Positions 13,400-26,266 are shown, counted from the whole stretch's first letter. The stretch is 60,458 nucleotides of DNA, filler included, from Bipalium vagum (GCA_037834085.1; 3 parts of 3 records of this genome joined end to end with filler, not necessarily neighbours in it), one strand, 5' to 3'. Notes: a model not told the origin generated them from the letters alone. A program made the numbers and translations.

Positions 13400-14300
13400 A
13401 TATAAAATATCTGCAATTTATTTAAAAATGCCAAGCCTTAAGCAATCAGAGGATCATTTTAGAAATTGCATGCTATGTGAATTTGACCAAGTTTATTCTG
13501 TAGCAGAGACCATGTGGATGAAGAAACGCCAGATGAAAGGAAGATAAGAAGATGATTTTCAAAAGTTAGATATGGAAACTTTGATTTGAAGCATGCTCCA
13601 AAATCAGGAAGACCATCTGCCATAGGTAACAGAACAGAAAGATTCTCAGATGACCCTGGATGAGATCTCAGAACTTTTGGGCACTTCGACAAACATTAAT
13701 TGACCACCTCAAGTCGATTGGTCTTAAAGAAAGTTGGATGCAACATCTGTTAATTGAATGCATAAAATGCAACGGATATTGATAAGAAATTAATTTGTTA
13801 TTCAACAGGACGACAATCAAATTGTTACTAATGATAAGAAATTGATCTGGTACCTTAACGAAGAAAAATGGATATCACTAGAATAACTTTTAAAAGTAAG
13901 ATAAAAACCGAATACTTATGAAATAAAAGCATTGTTTAGCGTTTTTTGGAATATCTGTGCAATTATTCAATTTGAATTGCAACAGATTTCTATTGTAAAC
14001 AAACAATACGATTAAAGGATGCTATTAACATTATCCTGTGTCAAAATAATGCCATGTGACACGCAGCAAGTGACAGTCCAGAAAAATATGGAATCTGGAT
14101 CAGAGGTTCTCCCACCATTCTCCTTCTTCCCCAGATTTAGCATTCTCTGACTATCAATCATTTTAGTCGATGCAAAATTTCCTTTTTGATATATAATTTC
14201 AAAATCCAGATATTATTAAAAATGGTATGTTCCTGTTTTCCGAAGATAAACAATTTTACAAGCGAGATTGAAATCTCCGCTTCCGTTGACAACTAGTCAT
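13400..14300 (+). mobile_element. Decayed mariner
   Basis: R*FSKVRYGNFDLKHAPKSGRP (HTH linker) at ~13550-13615 and SSPDLAFSDY at ~14125-14155. Confidence 0.75.
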
Positions 14301-15124
14301 AGATAAGGGTGAGGAATACCTCGATGATTGCATAATTCTAAAACTGTTGTATTATGATTGACTGAATAAACACGGATAACGATTTTGTGGATAATCCAAT
14401 GTATAATAAGAACTAATTTAAAAGTAAACGATAAGTTTTTTAGATATGGTTTTAATTTTTCTATTATCAAAACGATCAAAAATTGTAATTGTTATGCAAT
14501 AATCATAAATTATAAAATGCAAAATACTTTAGTCAGAAAATTATGAAAATATGTTACCCTAATGGAGAAAATAACAATCGTTAATGGTTGTTTTAAGATT
14601 CACACAATTTTAAGGCAAATGATAAAACCTTTTCATCATCATCACTTAAATTGATACTTGAAGACTTAGGCAAAGTTTGATGAAAATTATTTATTTAATA
14701 TAGGTATTAAGGTTTCGTTAATTTAAAAGATAAAATAAATGTTTTATGTTGAATTAAAATGATAAAGGCTATTTAATATTTAATATAATTTATTTTTAAA
14801 AAAGTATTATTATATATTGAAATATATTATATTACATATTATCTTAAATTAAATTAAATTATATAATTTACTTTTATTTTTATTGTTTAATATTATATTA
14901 TTTGGTTTAAAAATAAATAATCCAAATTTTTAATGGTTTATATAACTAATACAGTTGTTTTAATACTTCAATCTGCGATTAATATTTAAATCAATTATTA
15001 ATATAGCATCACGCTTTCTAGAAGGTCAATCCAAGTATCCAAAAAATTCGGTCCAGCAGTCTCTAACATAGGAACAGACAAGATACTTAAACTAATAATA
15101 TATATATGTACATCTTTGCCATTG

Positions 15125-15484
15125 CAAAGCGTTGATTTAAGCCTTACCGTCACATATAGCTTCAAAGACAAAGGACACCATAATGAAGCTAGGCTGGAAA
15201 ATCCTGGAGCATCCGGCTTATTCACTAGACATTAGTCCAACTGATTATCATTTGTTTGGGTCAATGCAACATGCCTTCTGTGATACACACTTCCAATCAG
15301 TGGATGCCATACGAAATTGGCTTGAGTAATATTTGGCTTCCAAACAGATTTTCTTTTTTCAAAGGATGACTTGAAATTATCCATAAAAAACGCGATTACT
15401 TTGATTGACAAATTTGTATCACTTTTAATAAAATAAATTTTGAAGGGATTTTAAAAATTGGATTATTTATTTGTACACCTAATA
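15125..15484 (+). mobile_element. mariner 3' end with TIR
   Basis: LGWKILEHPAYSLDISPTDYHLFGSMQH. TIR ...ttatttgtacacctaata. Confidence 0.88.
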
Positions 15485-16493
15485 TATTATATTATTTTTA
15501 TTATATTATATAATTGTATATTATTTATTATATATTATTTTAAATTATATTATTATAATATAATTATTTAAAGCAAAAATTTGTGATATTTAATTCTAAC
15601 GTTAAATCTTTGTCAGTCTACGAAATTAAATTCCTATTCATCCTTCAGATTTTAAATAATTGATTTTATTAAAACAAAATGTTATCAAATGTGTCAATAT
15701 TTAACATTTTCCAGAATGTCATTCTCGATCATCAGATCTGAAAAGATTCGACTTTTCTCTGTTGGGTTTGCAAATTGTCACGAATGGAAAAAAACGACTA
15801 ATTTTCGTAATTTAACTTTATTTATTATTGCCCCAGATTCCTTTTCAGCAGAGTATGCGTTGTGTTTTACGGGTTTCAATCACAATTAATTATCATTGTT
15901 CATCGGGTACTTGTTTCTTGTTTCGACTTTGGTCATTCTATAGTTTCAGACTTAATTATGATTTCTCCCGACCAGCTTCAGACTTCGACATAATGAATAT
16001 CATATAAAATTTAATTAACAGTCCGTATCATTTATTATTTATATTTGACTGACAGCAGAATTTTCAAGAATCTAGATTCATAATTTTGATAGAGACGAAT
16101 AGTTTTTCAAGTGAAAATCATTATTTATTTATTTATTTATTTATAACACAAAAATTTCAGTGATTTTGTGACGATAAGTCAATCGTATGAATCCAACATT
16201 TTCAGTTTCATTATTCACTGTTATCATATTCAAATTTTTTTGACGGATTTTTTTTCTGAATTCAATTTTGACTGATAATTTAATAATAAAAAAAAAATAA
16301 TAATAATAATAATAATAAAAATCATAAAAATAATAGAAATTAAAACGTAATAATAGAAATAATAATAATAAATAATAAATAATAATAACTGATATTATAA
16401 ATATTAAATAAATTATTTTCCCCCAAAATTTAAAATTCAATAAAAATTGTAAGAACAATCAAATATTGTGTTTATAATGTATATTAACTACTA

Positions 16494-16727
16494 TTAACAT
16501 GGAACGACTGTCAGCACCTCTTTATTGATTTTTACTTTATCTGTCTTTAAAAATCTTTTTATAATATTGCTCATCTTCATTTCATGCATAAAGGTACTCT
16601 TTACGGAATAACCTACCAATATTTTAGCGACAATCCTCTCCCTGTCATTATTTGACACCATTGATCTTTTCTGTCTGGGTTGTTCTTTTTCTTTAACTTG
16701 GTGCCTATGAATATTCTCACTAAACAC
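16494..16727 (-). mobile_element. Probable Tc1/IS630-like transposase N-terminal HTH fragment
   Basis: KRSMVSNNDRERIVAKILVGYSVK...SNIIKRFLKTDKV resembles the SxxxRxRIV...IIKRFxxTG paired-like HTH. No catalytic domain is present. Confidence 0.5.
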
Positions 16728-17172
16728 ATTCGATATATTTCAGGTATAAAATACATATATCAAAGATGTCTATAGTTTTCCCATCAATTATATAATTTAT
16801 TTTGTTAAATTTATTTGATTGGTTGAAAAGATTATTTAATTGATCGAAAAATTATATGTGCATTTTTAAATTTATTGATACCTTTTTTAAAATTAATCAT
16901 TTAAAAGAAATCATTAATTAAATTAAATTAAATCTAATTATAATTTTTAATAATATTAATAACAATAATTTTAATACAAAATTAATATTAATTAATGAAA
17001 ATTAATGTTCTAAAAAAATTTTTAAAATTAAAAAACTAAAAAAATAATGTAGAAAAATAACATTAAATAAAAAATATAAATAAAATTAATAATGAATTAA
17101 TTAATAAAAAATTAGATAAAATTATTATATTTTTTTGTTACTAATAATAGTTATTAATATTCGTTACTAATA

Positions 17173-17174
<2 letters not shown>

Positions 17175-17228
<54 letters not shown>
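17175..17228. repeat. (TTA)n microsatellite
   Basis: Direct inspection: about 17 perfect repeat units. Confidence 0.9.
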
Positions 17229-17850
17229 TTAACAATATATAATAATATATTGTGTTTTGTAATTTGAGAAAGTCATTTAATGATAAAAAGAATATTATAA
17301 CAAAAAGAGAAAAATCTTTCGGATATTCAATTACAACTGCAAAAGCGAAGTGTATAGATCAAAAATAATGTTGCAATCTGATGGTATTGTGAGGAAATGG
17401 AGAAGACGTAAAGCATGCGAGGAAAATCAACCCGTTTTGTAAAATCTGGGAAACTAAAGAATAATTTTTTCGTAGAAATAATGTTAATGAAAAAAAATTA
17501 TTTTGAGAAAAATTGTTTTTTTCACAGATTTAGACTCGTTTGATTACGCATACATTTCAGTTAAAGTTTGTTGAGACTTTCAAGTGTTATCAAATTTATT
17601 CGCGTACTTCAAATGTAAACTGTAAAATTAATAATTTCTCACTTATTTAAACAGAAAAATAAAAAATAAATACATTAAGATTTGCTGGGAAAAATTTATA
17701 AAACAGTTTTTAAAAATAAAATAAAATATCAGATAAATATAACGTACATTTTATATTTAATAAAGAGATAAACAAAATAAAATAACAATAATAATAAAAA
17801 TAAAAAAAGAAAAAATAAAATAATAATAATAATAAAGGTAATGATAATAA

Positions 17851-17950
17851 NNNNNNNNNNNNNNNNNNNNNNNNNNNNNNNNNNNNNNNNNNNNTTAATT
17901 AATTAANNNNNNNNNNNNNNNNNNNNNNNNNNNNNNNNNNNNNNNNNNNN
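17851..17950. other. Artificial contig-joining spacer N44-TTAATTAATTAA-N44
   Basis: Exactly 100 nt with a palindromic 12-mer that gives stops in all six frames; an identical copy lies at 41068-41167. Confidence 0.97.
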
Positions 17951-18860
17951 AATAATAATAATAATAATAATACTAAAATATTTATGAAAATATAATTAGA
18001 GTACAAAAGTTAATTAAAAAGGATTAATTAATTTATTATTTTTTTAAAAGGATCTAATCTGACAATGGCGATGCTAAATTGCCAAGATTAAATCAGGGTC
18101 CGCAAGGAGTGACCGATTTAGAACTAAAGATCTAAAAATGGAATTGACATTCCCCATTAATCAAGCTGGTTTACGACTGATTAGTCGTCTGATCAGAATA
18201 ATATTTAAAGAGTTGAAATCCGCAGTAGATTGTCACAAAATTCTACGGAGATATTGAAAAGACAAAATTTTACGAGATATTGATACGTTTAAAGCCAAAA
18301 AAGGAAGACTAAGTAAAATTGGATAATCGTTAGTAGATTTCAAAGGTATCATTGTCGAAAGATTCATAAAACTCCATTATCTGCAAAATTCCGAAAGATT
18401 TCAAGTTGGTATACAATCATTTATGCATTATATGCGACAGAAGCTTACGACGGGTCCTGTGCTGTTAGAGGGTTTCTGAGAGAACCGGATTATGCTCAGC
18501 AAATCACTTTTTGGACCTGTCGTCGACAGATCGGTGAGAGGATTATTATTTTTTTAAAATATTTTCTGTTTTAAATTAATCTTTAATTTTATCGACATTT
18601 GAATAAATTTTGATTTAATATTATTTTATTATTTATTGATTCTTATTTTTTTTTATTTTGATTTTGTGATTGCAAACATTTTTATTGACAATTCAATTTG
18701 ATTTTTTGAGACACTGTGTTTGTTATTTTGTTTATAAAGTGTTGTTCGTAGTTGTTTTGATTCACTCATTTGCGTACACGTTTTGACAAAAGTGAAGGGA
18801 TCAGTAAATCTTACGAGCTAAGTGTTAAGACAGCGTTTATAGTTAAATAATAACGTAACA
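17951..18860 (+). mobile_element. LTR, 5' end cut by contig start; same lineage as the 24135 solo LTR
   Basis: 17951-18230 aligns with the reverse complement of ~24800-25070 (shared ctaaattgccaagatta, cagggtccgcaagga, gaattgacatt, ctggtttac). TATA-like tatttaaa at 18202; ends ...CGTAACA at 18860. Confidence 0.75.
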
Positions 18861-18876
18861 ATTTTATTTAAATATA

Positions 18877-20119
18877 TCAGGTTGAGTCAAAAGTTACTCA
18901 TGTTTTTAAGCAAATACTTTATTTTAAATTTTTTTTCAACAAAAATCACATTAATCCAGGAATATAGTCCGAAAGTTTCTATAACTCAAAGTCATCTTTC
19001 TGCCATTTGCTCAATTCCATGGCGATACCATTCAGAGTTTTTTGAGGCGAAGAATTCGGCTATTCCATTTTTGAGCTCTTCCTCTGAACCAAAGCGTCTC
19101 CCTCAAAAAAATGTGAAAGAGACCGAAACATATGATAATCAGAAGGAGCGAGATCCAGGCTATACGCTGGATGGAGGATAACTTCTTTATACCTTGTAGT
19201 TTTTTAATTTCCCGCTTCACTATTCGTGATATATGAGTTGGAGCATTATCGCTCTACTGCGATTCAACAGTGATGGGTTACGAGTGCTTAAAGCCTCGTG
19301 AACTCGCTATAGTTGTTCAGCATAAAGGTTATCGGAGGTCGACCATCCGGAACAGGTTCCCACTGCACAGGCCCCTCGTAATTCCACCAAACACACAACA
19401 TCACTTTCTTTTCGAAGCGATCTGGTGAATTTACTTGTTGAGTTGACTGGCTAGGCAGAAGCCACAGGTTACCTATACTAGAATTACGGAAGAAAATCAA
19501 CTTTTCATCTCCCAAAGCAATTGTTTTTGGAATTCTGGAGTAATTCGGGTCAAAGATCAACTCAAAGCTTGTCTTGATTATTTGTCAATTCGTGGGGGAA
19601 CTCGGAGTGGATTTTTATTTACAAAACCCATGGTATACAGATGACGAACGATGGTTCTTTGAGAATGCTTGAGGTCCTCTGACAGCCTTCTTATGCTTGT
19701 ACTGGGCTGTTCTACTAGGGCACAAGACTCTTCCTTGTTCACAACCGATGGTCGACCTGAACGTTCCTGATCTTCAAGACCGGTATCTTTCTGATTAAAA
19801 AGACGAAACCACCACTGAGTCGTATTTTCTTTGAGCACATCATTGCCTTCCAAGTCGCAAATTTCTGCTGCATCTGATAGACCTTTTTTCTAATAATTAC
19901 ATAACAGGATCCGAATTACTGCATTTTCCTCAACTATTCTAACTGTAAAAATAAGTGAATGGAATTATATAAATTTAAATTTTAAAATGTAAGTACACTT
20001 TCCTTTTCAAGGACTTTTAAATGATACCAATTGTTTCATATAAATGTCATTATTAAATGATATGGTAAAACAAGAACTTTAAATAACTAAAAACATGAAT
20101 AACTTTTGACTCAACCTGA
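18877..20119 (-). mobile_element. Near full-length mariner (1243 bp), transposase pseudogene
   Basis: Near-perfect ~30-bp TIRs (tcaggttgagtcaaaagtta...) flanked by TA on both sides. Minus-strand WWFRLFNQKDTGLEDQERSGRP, ALGDEK, KKVMLCVWWNYEG, DNAPTH and HPAYSLDLAPSDYHMFRSL, broken by stops and frameshifts. Confidence 0.96.
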
Positions 20120-20522
20120 TATTCATTATTTCTGTTAGAGTCTAAGTTATTTTTAGCCTTACCACGTATTACCACGATAATCAGTTCCTTTTTCGATGAT
20201 TTTACAAAATTCTAATATTTATTATATTTTTGATACATTTCGGATTTCTCTATAATTCCGATTTCTGTAAACATTAATTGGTGGTATTGGGCAACACAGA
20301 TATAATATAAATATTAAATATTTTCTGTATTCGCTGATTATCCGATAAATTAAAGAGGTTATATTAAGAGATTTTCTATTAAAAATGTAAATAATATTTC
20401 TGGGTCGAACAACAATCAGAAAGGGGATCAAATACAGATGGGCAAGATATTTTTGTTTATTCATCTTTTTCGTCCATTGATCGGGTCCAATTGATAAACG
20501 ATATATTTGGATCTATTTGCAG

Positions 20523-20769
20523 TGTGTTATGAATTTGGACACACAGCTGCCCACAGATGAATTGACTCCAGCAGCAATCCGATGGTGTGAGAGCATTGGG
20601 TATGAGGCTAAAACTGTTTCTGAAATCGTATCAAAAATGGACCCGAAGATCGTCAAAGCTATCGATAAAGCAGTTGAGTTAACAAACAAGACCGCCGTTT
20701 CAAACGCAGCAAGGGTACAGAAATGGGTTTTTCTTCCTCAAGATTTTTCCATTGGTGGCGGTGAGCTTG
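20523..20769 (+). CDS. ACSBG: Long-chain fatty-acid-CoA ligase, ACSBG/bubblegum family, penultimate exon
   Basis: AG at 20521-22 and GT at 20770. Encodes CVMNLDTQLPTDELT...AVSNAARVQKWVFLPQDFSIGGGELG, the ACSBG C-terminal SNAxxVQKWxxLPxDFSxxGGELG signature. Confidence 0.93.
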
Positions 20770-22569
20770 GTAAACCTTCTCTTTTTTTGTTAATCAATTA
20801 GTTAAATCCTTGAGTTATAATAAAAAATCTTTGCGGAAATTTATTATTTAAAAAAGTTTTTTTGAACAAAAAGATCATGAAAAAACTGATTAAACCGTCA
20901 GTGATATTTATTCTTTCATCCTATTTATCATTTCAAATAAAATTCCGCAGTAAAAAAGAGTTGATCAATCACGAAAACCTGATCTTTTTATTGATTTTGT
21001 ATTCAATTTCAAATCCATTGTAAGGATCAAAAAGCGCCAGACTTCCTTGTAAATAATTGATGGCAATTAACGTTCTAATGTGGTGGACGCATCCTCATTA
21101 TAAATTAACGTTTATGTTCAAAGTCTTCACGAGATCTCGATATTGATTTTCTTCTGGAAATTGAAATATAATTTTTATTATATCGATTTTTTATAAAAAT
21201 GTTTTTCATTCTCATTAATTGCAATAATAATAAGCTTTCAGAATATTATTTTTATTACTATTGATTTATTATTTGAAATTTATCTCGAGGGATTATTATT
21301 TTTTATGAAGTCTTGGGGTTTCTTTTTTTTTTGAAAGCTAATTGAAATTTCTTAATGTAATGGGCATTTTCTCAACTGTAAAGTGATTGCAAAATTCTGT
21401 ACCTAGTCAGCCTGAGATCAACAACAAATAAAGAGGGTCTGATAAATAGTGTTAAAAATCAAATAAGAGTGATGAGGTCAAAGGTGTTTTAATCCATTAT
21501 TTTCACTTTTCAATGCACTGTAAAATCTCGGAAAAATTTCTGTCCCAAACTTTAACCCTAAAATTCCATAAGATACAAATTTTTGAGAAAGATAATTTAT
21601 GTTTTATACTTTTAGAACTTAAAAAATCATTATTTTGTGAATCAGTTTTTCATTAAGTATGGAGTGGGAAGCAAAGATAACTTTCCTTGATAATAATTTA
21701 TTTATGAAAAACACCTCTTTCGCAAAATAAGTTCATTTAGTACCATCTTGATTTTTTATAGTCTTCTTTCGATCAAAGTTCTTTTGATCAATGCCCTGAA
21801 AGTTCATCAAATGAGAGAGGAAGCAAAGAAGTTACGAGAAGGCAAGAGTGAGAGAGAATAAATAGTAATGAAGAAAAAATAGTAAATATTACATGTATCG
21901 TAACAGTAAATACTAAAAAATATCAAGGCAAATATAAAGTAATAATAATTATAGAGTAACAGAACAAATAATAATATTAAATTACTTAAGTATCTCAAGA
22001 TTCTACAAAAGTTTGTTTATCATATTATTAATAAATATGACTAGATGAGCTTCGCACTGGTAGGTCAGATTCCATGGGAACACCATAATGAAGTAAGGCA
22101 CCAAAGGCCCGAATTATCTATAATCCAGTCCGAAGCCAAAAAAATTGTCTCCATAAATAATCATCAGAAGAATCCTTAAAAATGGTAGATGGTGGCCCAA
22201 GATTCAATGTCTGTATAAGAAGAAAAGGCTGTTGCCTCAACACACTCATAAGAAATCGAAGTGGCTCCTGCAGCAACACTCAGTAAACTGGTATCGTCAA
22301 GTTGATTCTCTGACCAGGACTATTTTACTATGAGCTTTATTTAAACAAATAAAAAATAGTATTCCTTAACAGTTATGAAGCTTATAAAAAAGTCTCTAAA
22401 GTAAACATAAGTTATTATCTTACGTCTATCATTATATGATTAGATGTGAATTACTTGGGCCACAATGAAATATATTTTTGCAAGATGTCAAAACTAGAGT
22501 TAAAGTATGCCAAAATAAAATTTTGGATAATATTGTTAACACCCCTAGATTCAAAAATGTTAAAAATAT

Positions 22570-23010
22570 ATACTGGGTGTTTTACCAGTAATCTGCACAA
22601 TCTCATTAAACTAAGACGAGTCAAGAACAATTTAATCTACAAAGCATTGGGTTCAAAACAATGATCTCTTAAATTACAGATCTGAATCCTCTGAATTAAT
22701 AGATAAGGCCACTTTTAGAGTAGAAAGTCTGTACTAGTCTCAAAGGAATTTGAAAAAGTTAAGGTCTGCCTTAGTTAAAATATTTGCTGAAATATATGTG
22801 AATGTGGCGCATGTGATCACAATTAATAATTGGCCTCAACGTTTAGGATGTTGTGTTAAGGTAAGGAGTAACTAATTTTAATAACCATTACAGGCAACTT
22901 ATTCTTTTTCATAGTCATTTTTATTTTCAAAACAATTTCTTTTCTAAATACATATTTACTTTTTAATGATATTTGGAGGTTGTGACAGAACTGGTGACAA
23001 AAACTATGTA
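22570..23010 (+). mobile_element. Internally deleted Tc1/maT-like (DD37D-type) element
   Basis: Degenerate TIRs (ctgggtgttttaccagtaatctgcacaa / ttgtgacagaactggtgacaaaaactatg) flanked by TA, with remnants DLNPL and WPQRLGCCVK. Confidence 0.65.
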
Positions 23011-24134
23011 GCTTTGGGCTGTTAATAAAAAATTATTATTTTTTTGTAATAAAAGGATAAACAATTTTCTTATTTTTTAATTGTTCGTGTTTCTATTTAC
23101 ATTCTGATCTGATAATTAACTAATATAAAAATAGATAATTATCAGATTATGTAAACCTATGGATGGTAGGTTGAATGAGTATTTCTTTGGTTGTCTTTTT
23201 ATGTGTGAATGATGAGTATGTTATATGTGTTGTATTATGCGCTGCCGAAGATTGGTGAAAAAAAAGTTAGCCTTTTCTTGCAAGTATTCATAAATTTCAT
23301 AAGACAAGAATGCAAAGATGATGAAAAAGAGTGAAATAAATAAAGTGAAGACCAAAAAGAAACGAAACAAGAAGACGGTGCAAAAGTGATTTAAATAAAG
23401 TGTTACTTTTTTCTTTCAATCTGAATGCATTGTTCATATGTAGGTGCAAAAAATTTTGCATCAACTCAATAAGCCTGAATGCTTAAGGAATTTACTTTTT
23501 AACCATTGGCTACGCAGGAAAATAAAATAATTTTATTAATGATCAAAAGGGATATGTTTAATTTTTGTAAAATTTTTCTTTATTGTGTCGATTTTGTCGT
23601 AAATGATTTTTATTCCATATTATTCTTAAGCGCTAGGGCCATTTCAAATTATTTTATCCCTCTAATTTAATAAAAAAATTTTAATTAATTTTTTGAAATT
23701 ATATTCTTTACAAAATTTTTTTTCTTCTCAATTACTCAAAACAGTGATATTTGACACGATTATGAAATCTCTTTCAATTAAGATTGATACCGTTTATTGA
23801 CACTTAGCATTTATCAGTTTGATTTCATTTTTGTTTGAATTTAATTTTTTCTGAGTCAATTTTTGATGATTTTTATTATTTATTTTTAATTTATATGTCA
23901 AGAAAATTGGTCTGAATTTATACAATCAAGAAAAATAGTTTGTGCATTTTAAAATTTCGATCAATGTATTTTATTTTTATTTTATCTACTAAGTAATTTA
24001 ATTTCGACTTATGATCATCATTAGTGATTTTCGTCTTTATTTTATATAATAATGTTTAATTTTAATTTAATCAATGGAAAAATACTCCCCAATTTTTTAG
24101 ATCATCATAAGGTACGAATACGTATTAGTCATAT

Positions 24135-25138
24135 TTTTTACTATTTAGTGTATCAAACTTTAACTCTGACTCTAACTCTTAGGTGGTGCTAAAAACACAA
24201 CAATCAGTAAAGCAATTATTTGTACTTATACCAAAAAACTCACACGAAATCTCAATGATAACAATAACACAAGAATCGCCAAACTCAATAAAAAGGGATC
24301 ACAATAATATCTGAAATGTGTGAAATTATCTTAGGTAATCAATCAAACACAAAAGTTCAACAAAATCGATTCAATTAATTAAAAAAAAATAAATACTTAA
24401 AGTTGATGAAAATCAATAATCAAACTTGAACAATAATCAAATAATGTAAAAACAAACATATTTACGATAATAATAATAATAAATAAAACGATGTTACAGG
24501 TTAGCTTCGTCCAAGCTTCCCGGACTATCAGCTGACCATTTACAGCTGCTCAGAGATAGGCCTCTGGTAGGGAACTTAAACACAATTCCAGTGCTGGACA
24601 CATTAAAAATATAACTGTAAAGTTTGTCTAGTATGTTTCGCGATAATCAGCTTCTTGACGCTTCTCAATTGTTTCTCCAAAATAATAAGCTCGACTCTTC
24701 TGAAACTAATAATCAATTTCGATCCAAACTTTACAAAGAATCTTCTTCTTCAAAACCAATAATAATACTCTCTTGAATACTTTTTGTTTGGGTGAAATTA
24801 TGAAGAAATCCTTCTCCTTTTATACTATTCTGGTCAAGGACTAATCAGTTGTAAACCAGTTTTATTAATTTGAAATGTCAATTCTCATTTTTTTGATCAT
24901 TAATCGTAAATCAGTCCCTCCTTGCGGACCCTGGTCTAATCTTGGCAATTTAGGTTCGCCATTGATCCTTAAAAAATAATTTATTGCCTATTTTTAAATT
25001 TAACTTTTGTAATTTGTAATTAGTTAAAATTATTATTTTTAGTATTATTATTATGATTATTATTATTATTCTTATTATTTTGTGCATAATTTTACAATTC
25101 TTATTCGTGTACGGTGGTTTTTTTGGGTAAACCCAACA
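24135..25138 (-). mobile_element. Solo LTR (1004 bp) with 4-bp TSD ATAT, in the last ACSBG intron, antisense to the gene
   Basis: Begins TGTTGGGTTTACCC on the minus strand. ATAT at 24131-24134 and 25139-25142. TATAAAAG on the minus strand at 24817-24824. Homologous to 54498-56415 and 17951-18860. Confidence 0.85.
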
Positions 25139-25559
25139 ATATGATAAAATGATATGATCATATTCGACTTAAATTAGTACAATAAAGGTCGACTAATACT
25201 GATCAGCAGAGACCGTAATTTTTGCTCCGGATTAGCCGAATCATGATAACACTTATTAAATATTAATTTGTATCATATCTTTTTAAATGTCATTTTTTAT
25301 CACGATGTTTTCAATTTTTAATTCTATTATTATTATTTTTTTGCTATTGCTTATTTTAAATTTTTATTTATTAGAATAATAATTATGGATTTCATTAATT
25401 TTTTGAAAATTGATTTTAATCGTTTAAATTCGTTTATATAAGTTTGCTGTATACTTGAAAGATCTGAGATCCCAAATTTTGACGAACGATTAAAATTTAT
25501 GTGATTAAAATTGCTGTATAGACCGAAAGATTGTGTAAACAGTCTAACTTTCATTAAGT

Positions 25560-26130
25560 GGTCTAGCGTTGAGGGACATTTTCAAAGTTTAATTAATCGA
25601 TAAAAATATATACTTTTGGGTCCCAAAAACTATAAATTCTGCGATGAGTTTTCAATTTTTTCCTGAGCAGATGATTGCTTGGTGCAGATTTTAAGTCAAA
25701 AATTGAAATGACCTCTCTTACAAAAAGTTGGAATAGCAGTTACCATTAATGGAAATCGATAACCACAACTTTTGTGATTGTCTTCACAACACAGTACAGC
25801 ATATTACATTACCAAGGAAACTGTATAATTATTTCAAGTTATCTTGCAGCGAGGTGATATGAATTAGCAGTCAAATCACTAGAGTTGACAAGGTTTGATT
25901 TTTTCTTTGAAATTACTTCAATGGTAAATGGTAAGGCAACATTGAAGCCATTGATAACCTTAAAGAAGAAATTCGAAACAAATTTGCCAAAATTTCCTGG
26001 CAACTGCGAAAACTTCCAACGCAATTTCATCAATAAAGTCAATTGTTGCGGGTAAGGTCAAGACAAATAGTTCTTGGTTTTTTATTCATAAATAAAAATT
26101 TCCGTCCTTTAAAAAATAAACCCCATTCTA
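25560..26130 (+). mobile_element. Decayed rosa/DD41D-like Tc1-mariner remnant
   Basis: VTINGNR*, a QQHSTA-like motif (QQDGA) and SLELTRFDFFL* (SPDLTPxDFFLWG). Confidence 0.6.
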
Positions 26131-26192
26131 ATTTCATTCAACATTTTAAAAATGTACTAACCATATTATTTTCATTAAATATTTTCTATTAG

Positions 26193-26266
26193 GCCCGACA
26201 TTGAAACTAAAAAGAAACGTTGTTATCAAACTTTTCCAAGACATCATAGATAAGCAATATGAATAG
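26193..26266 (+). CDS. ACSBG: ACSBG long-chain acyl-CoA synthetase, last coding exon
   Basis: After ttttctattAG, G|GC joins in phase with 20769 to give GELG-PTLKLKRNVVIKLFQDIIDKQYE*, the canonical PTxKLKR terminus. Confidence 0.95.

Noticed and set aside
16141-16458. Hydrophobic 105-aa ORF (and similar ORFs at 21807, 45178, 45850)
   Set aside because: Low-complexity AT/AAT-derived translations without splice or homology support.
17895-17906. TTAATTAATTAA palindrome as a biological site (e.g. piggyBac TTAA target)
   Set aside because: It is centred in exactly 44 N on each side and repeated identically at 41112; it is a synthetic linker.
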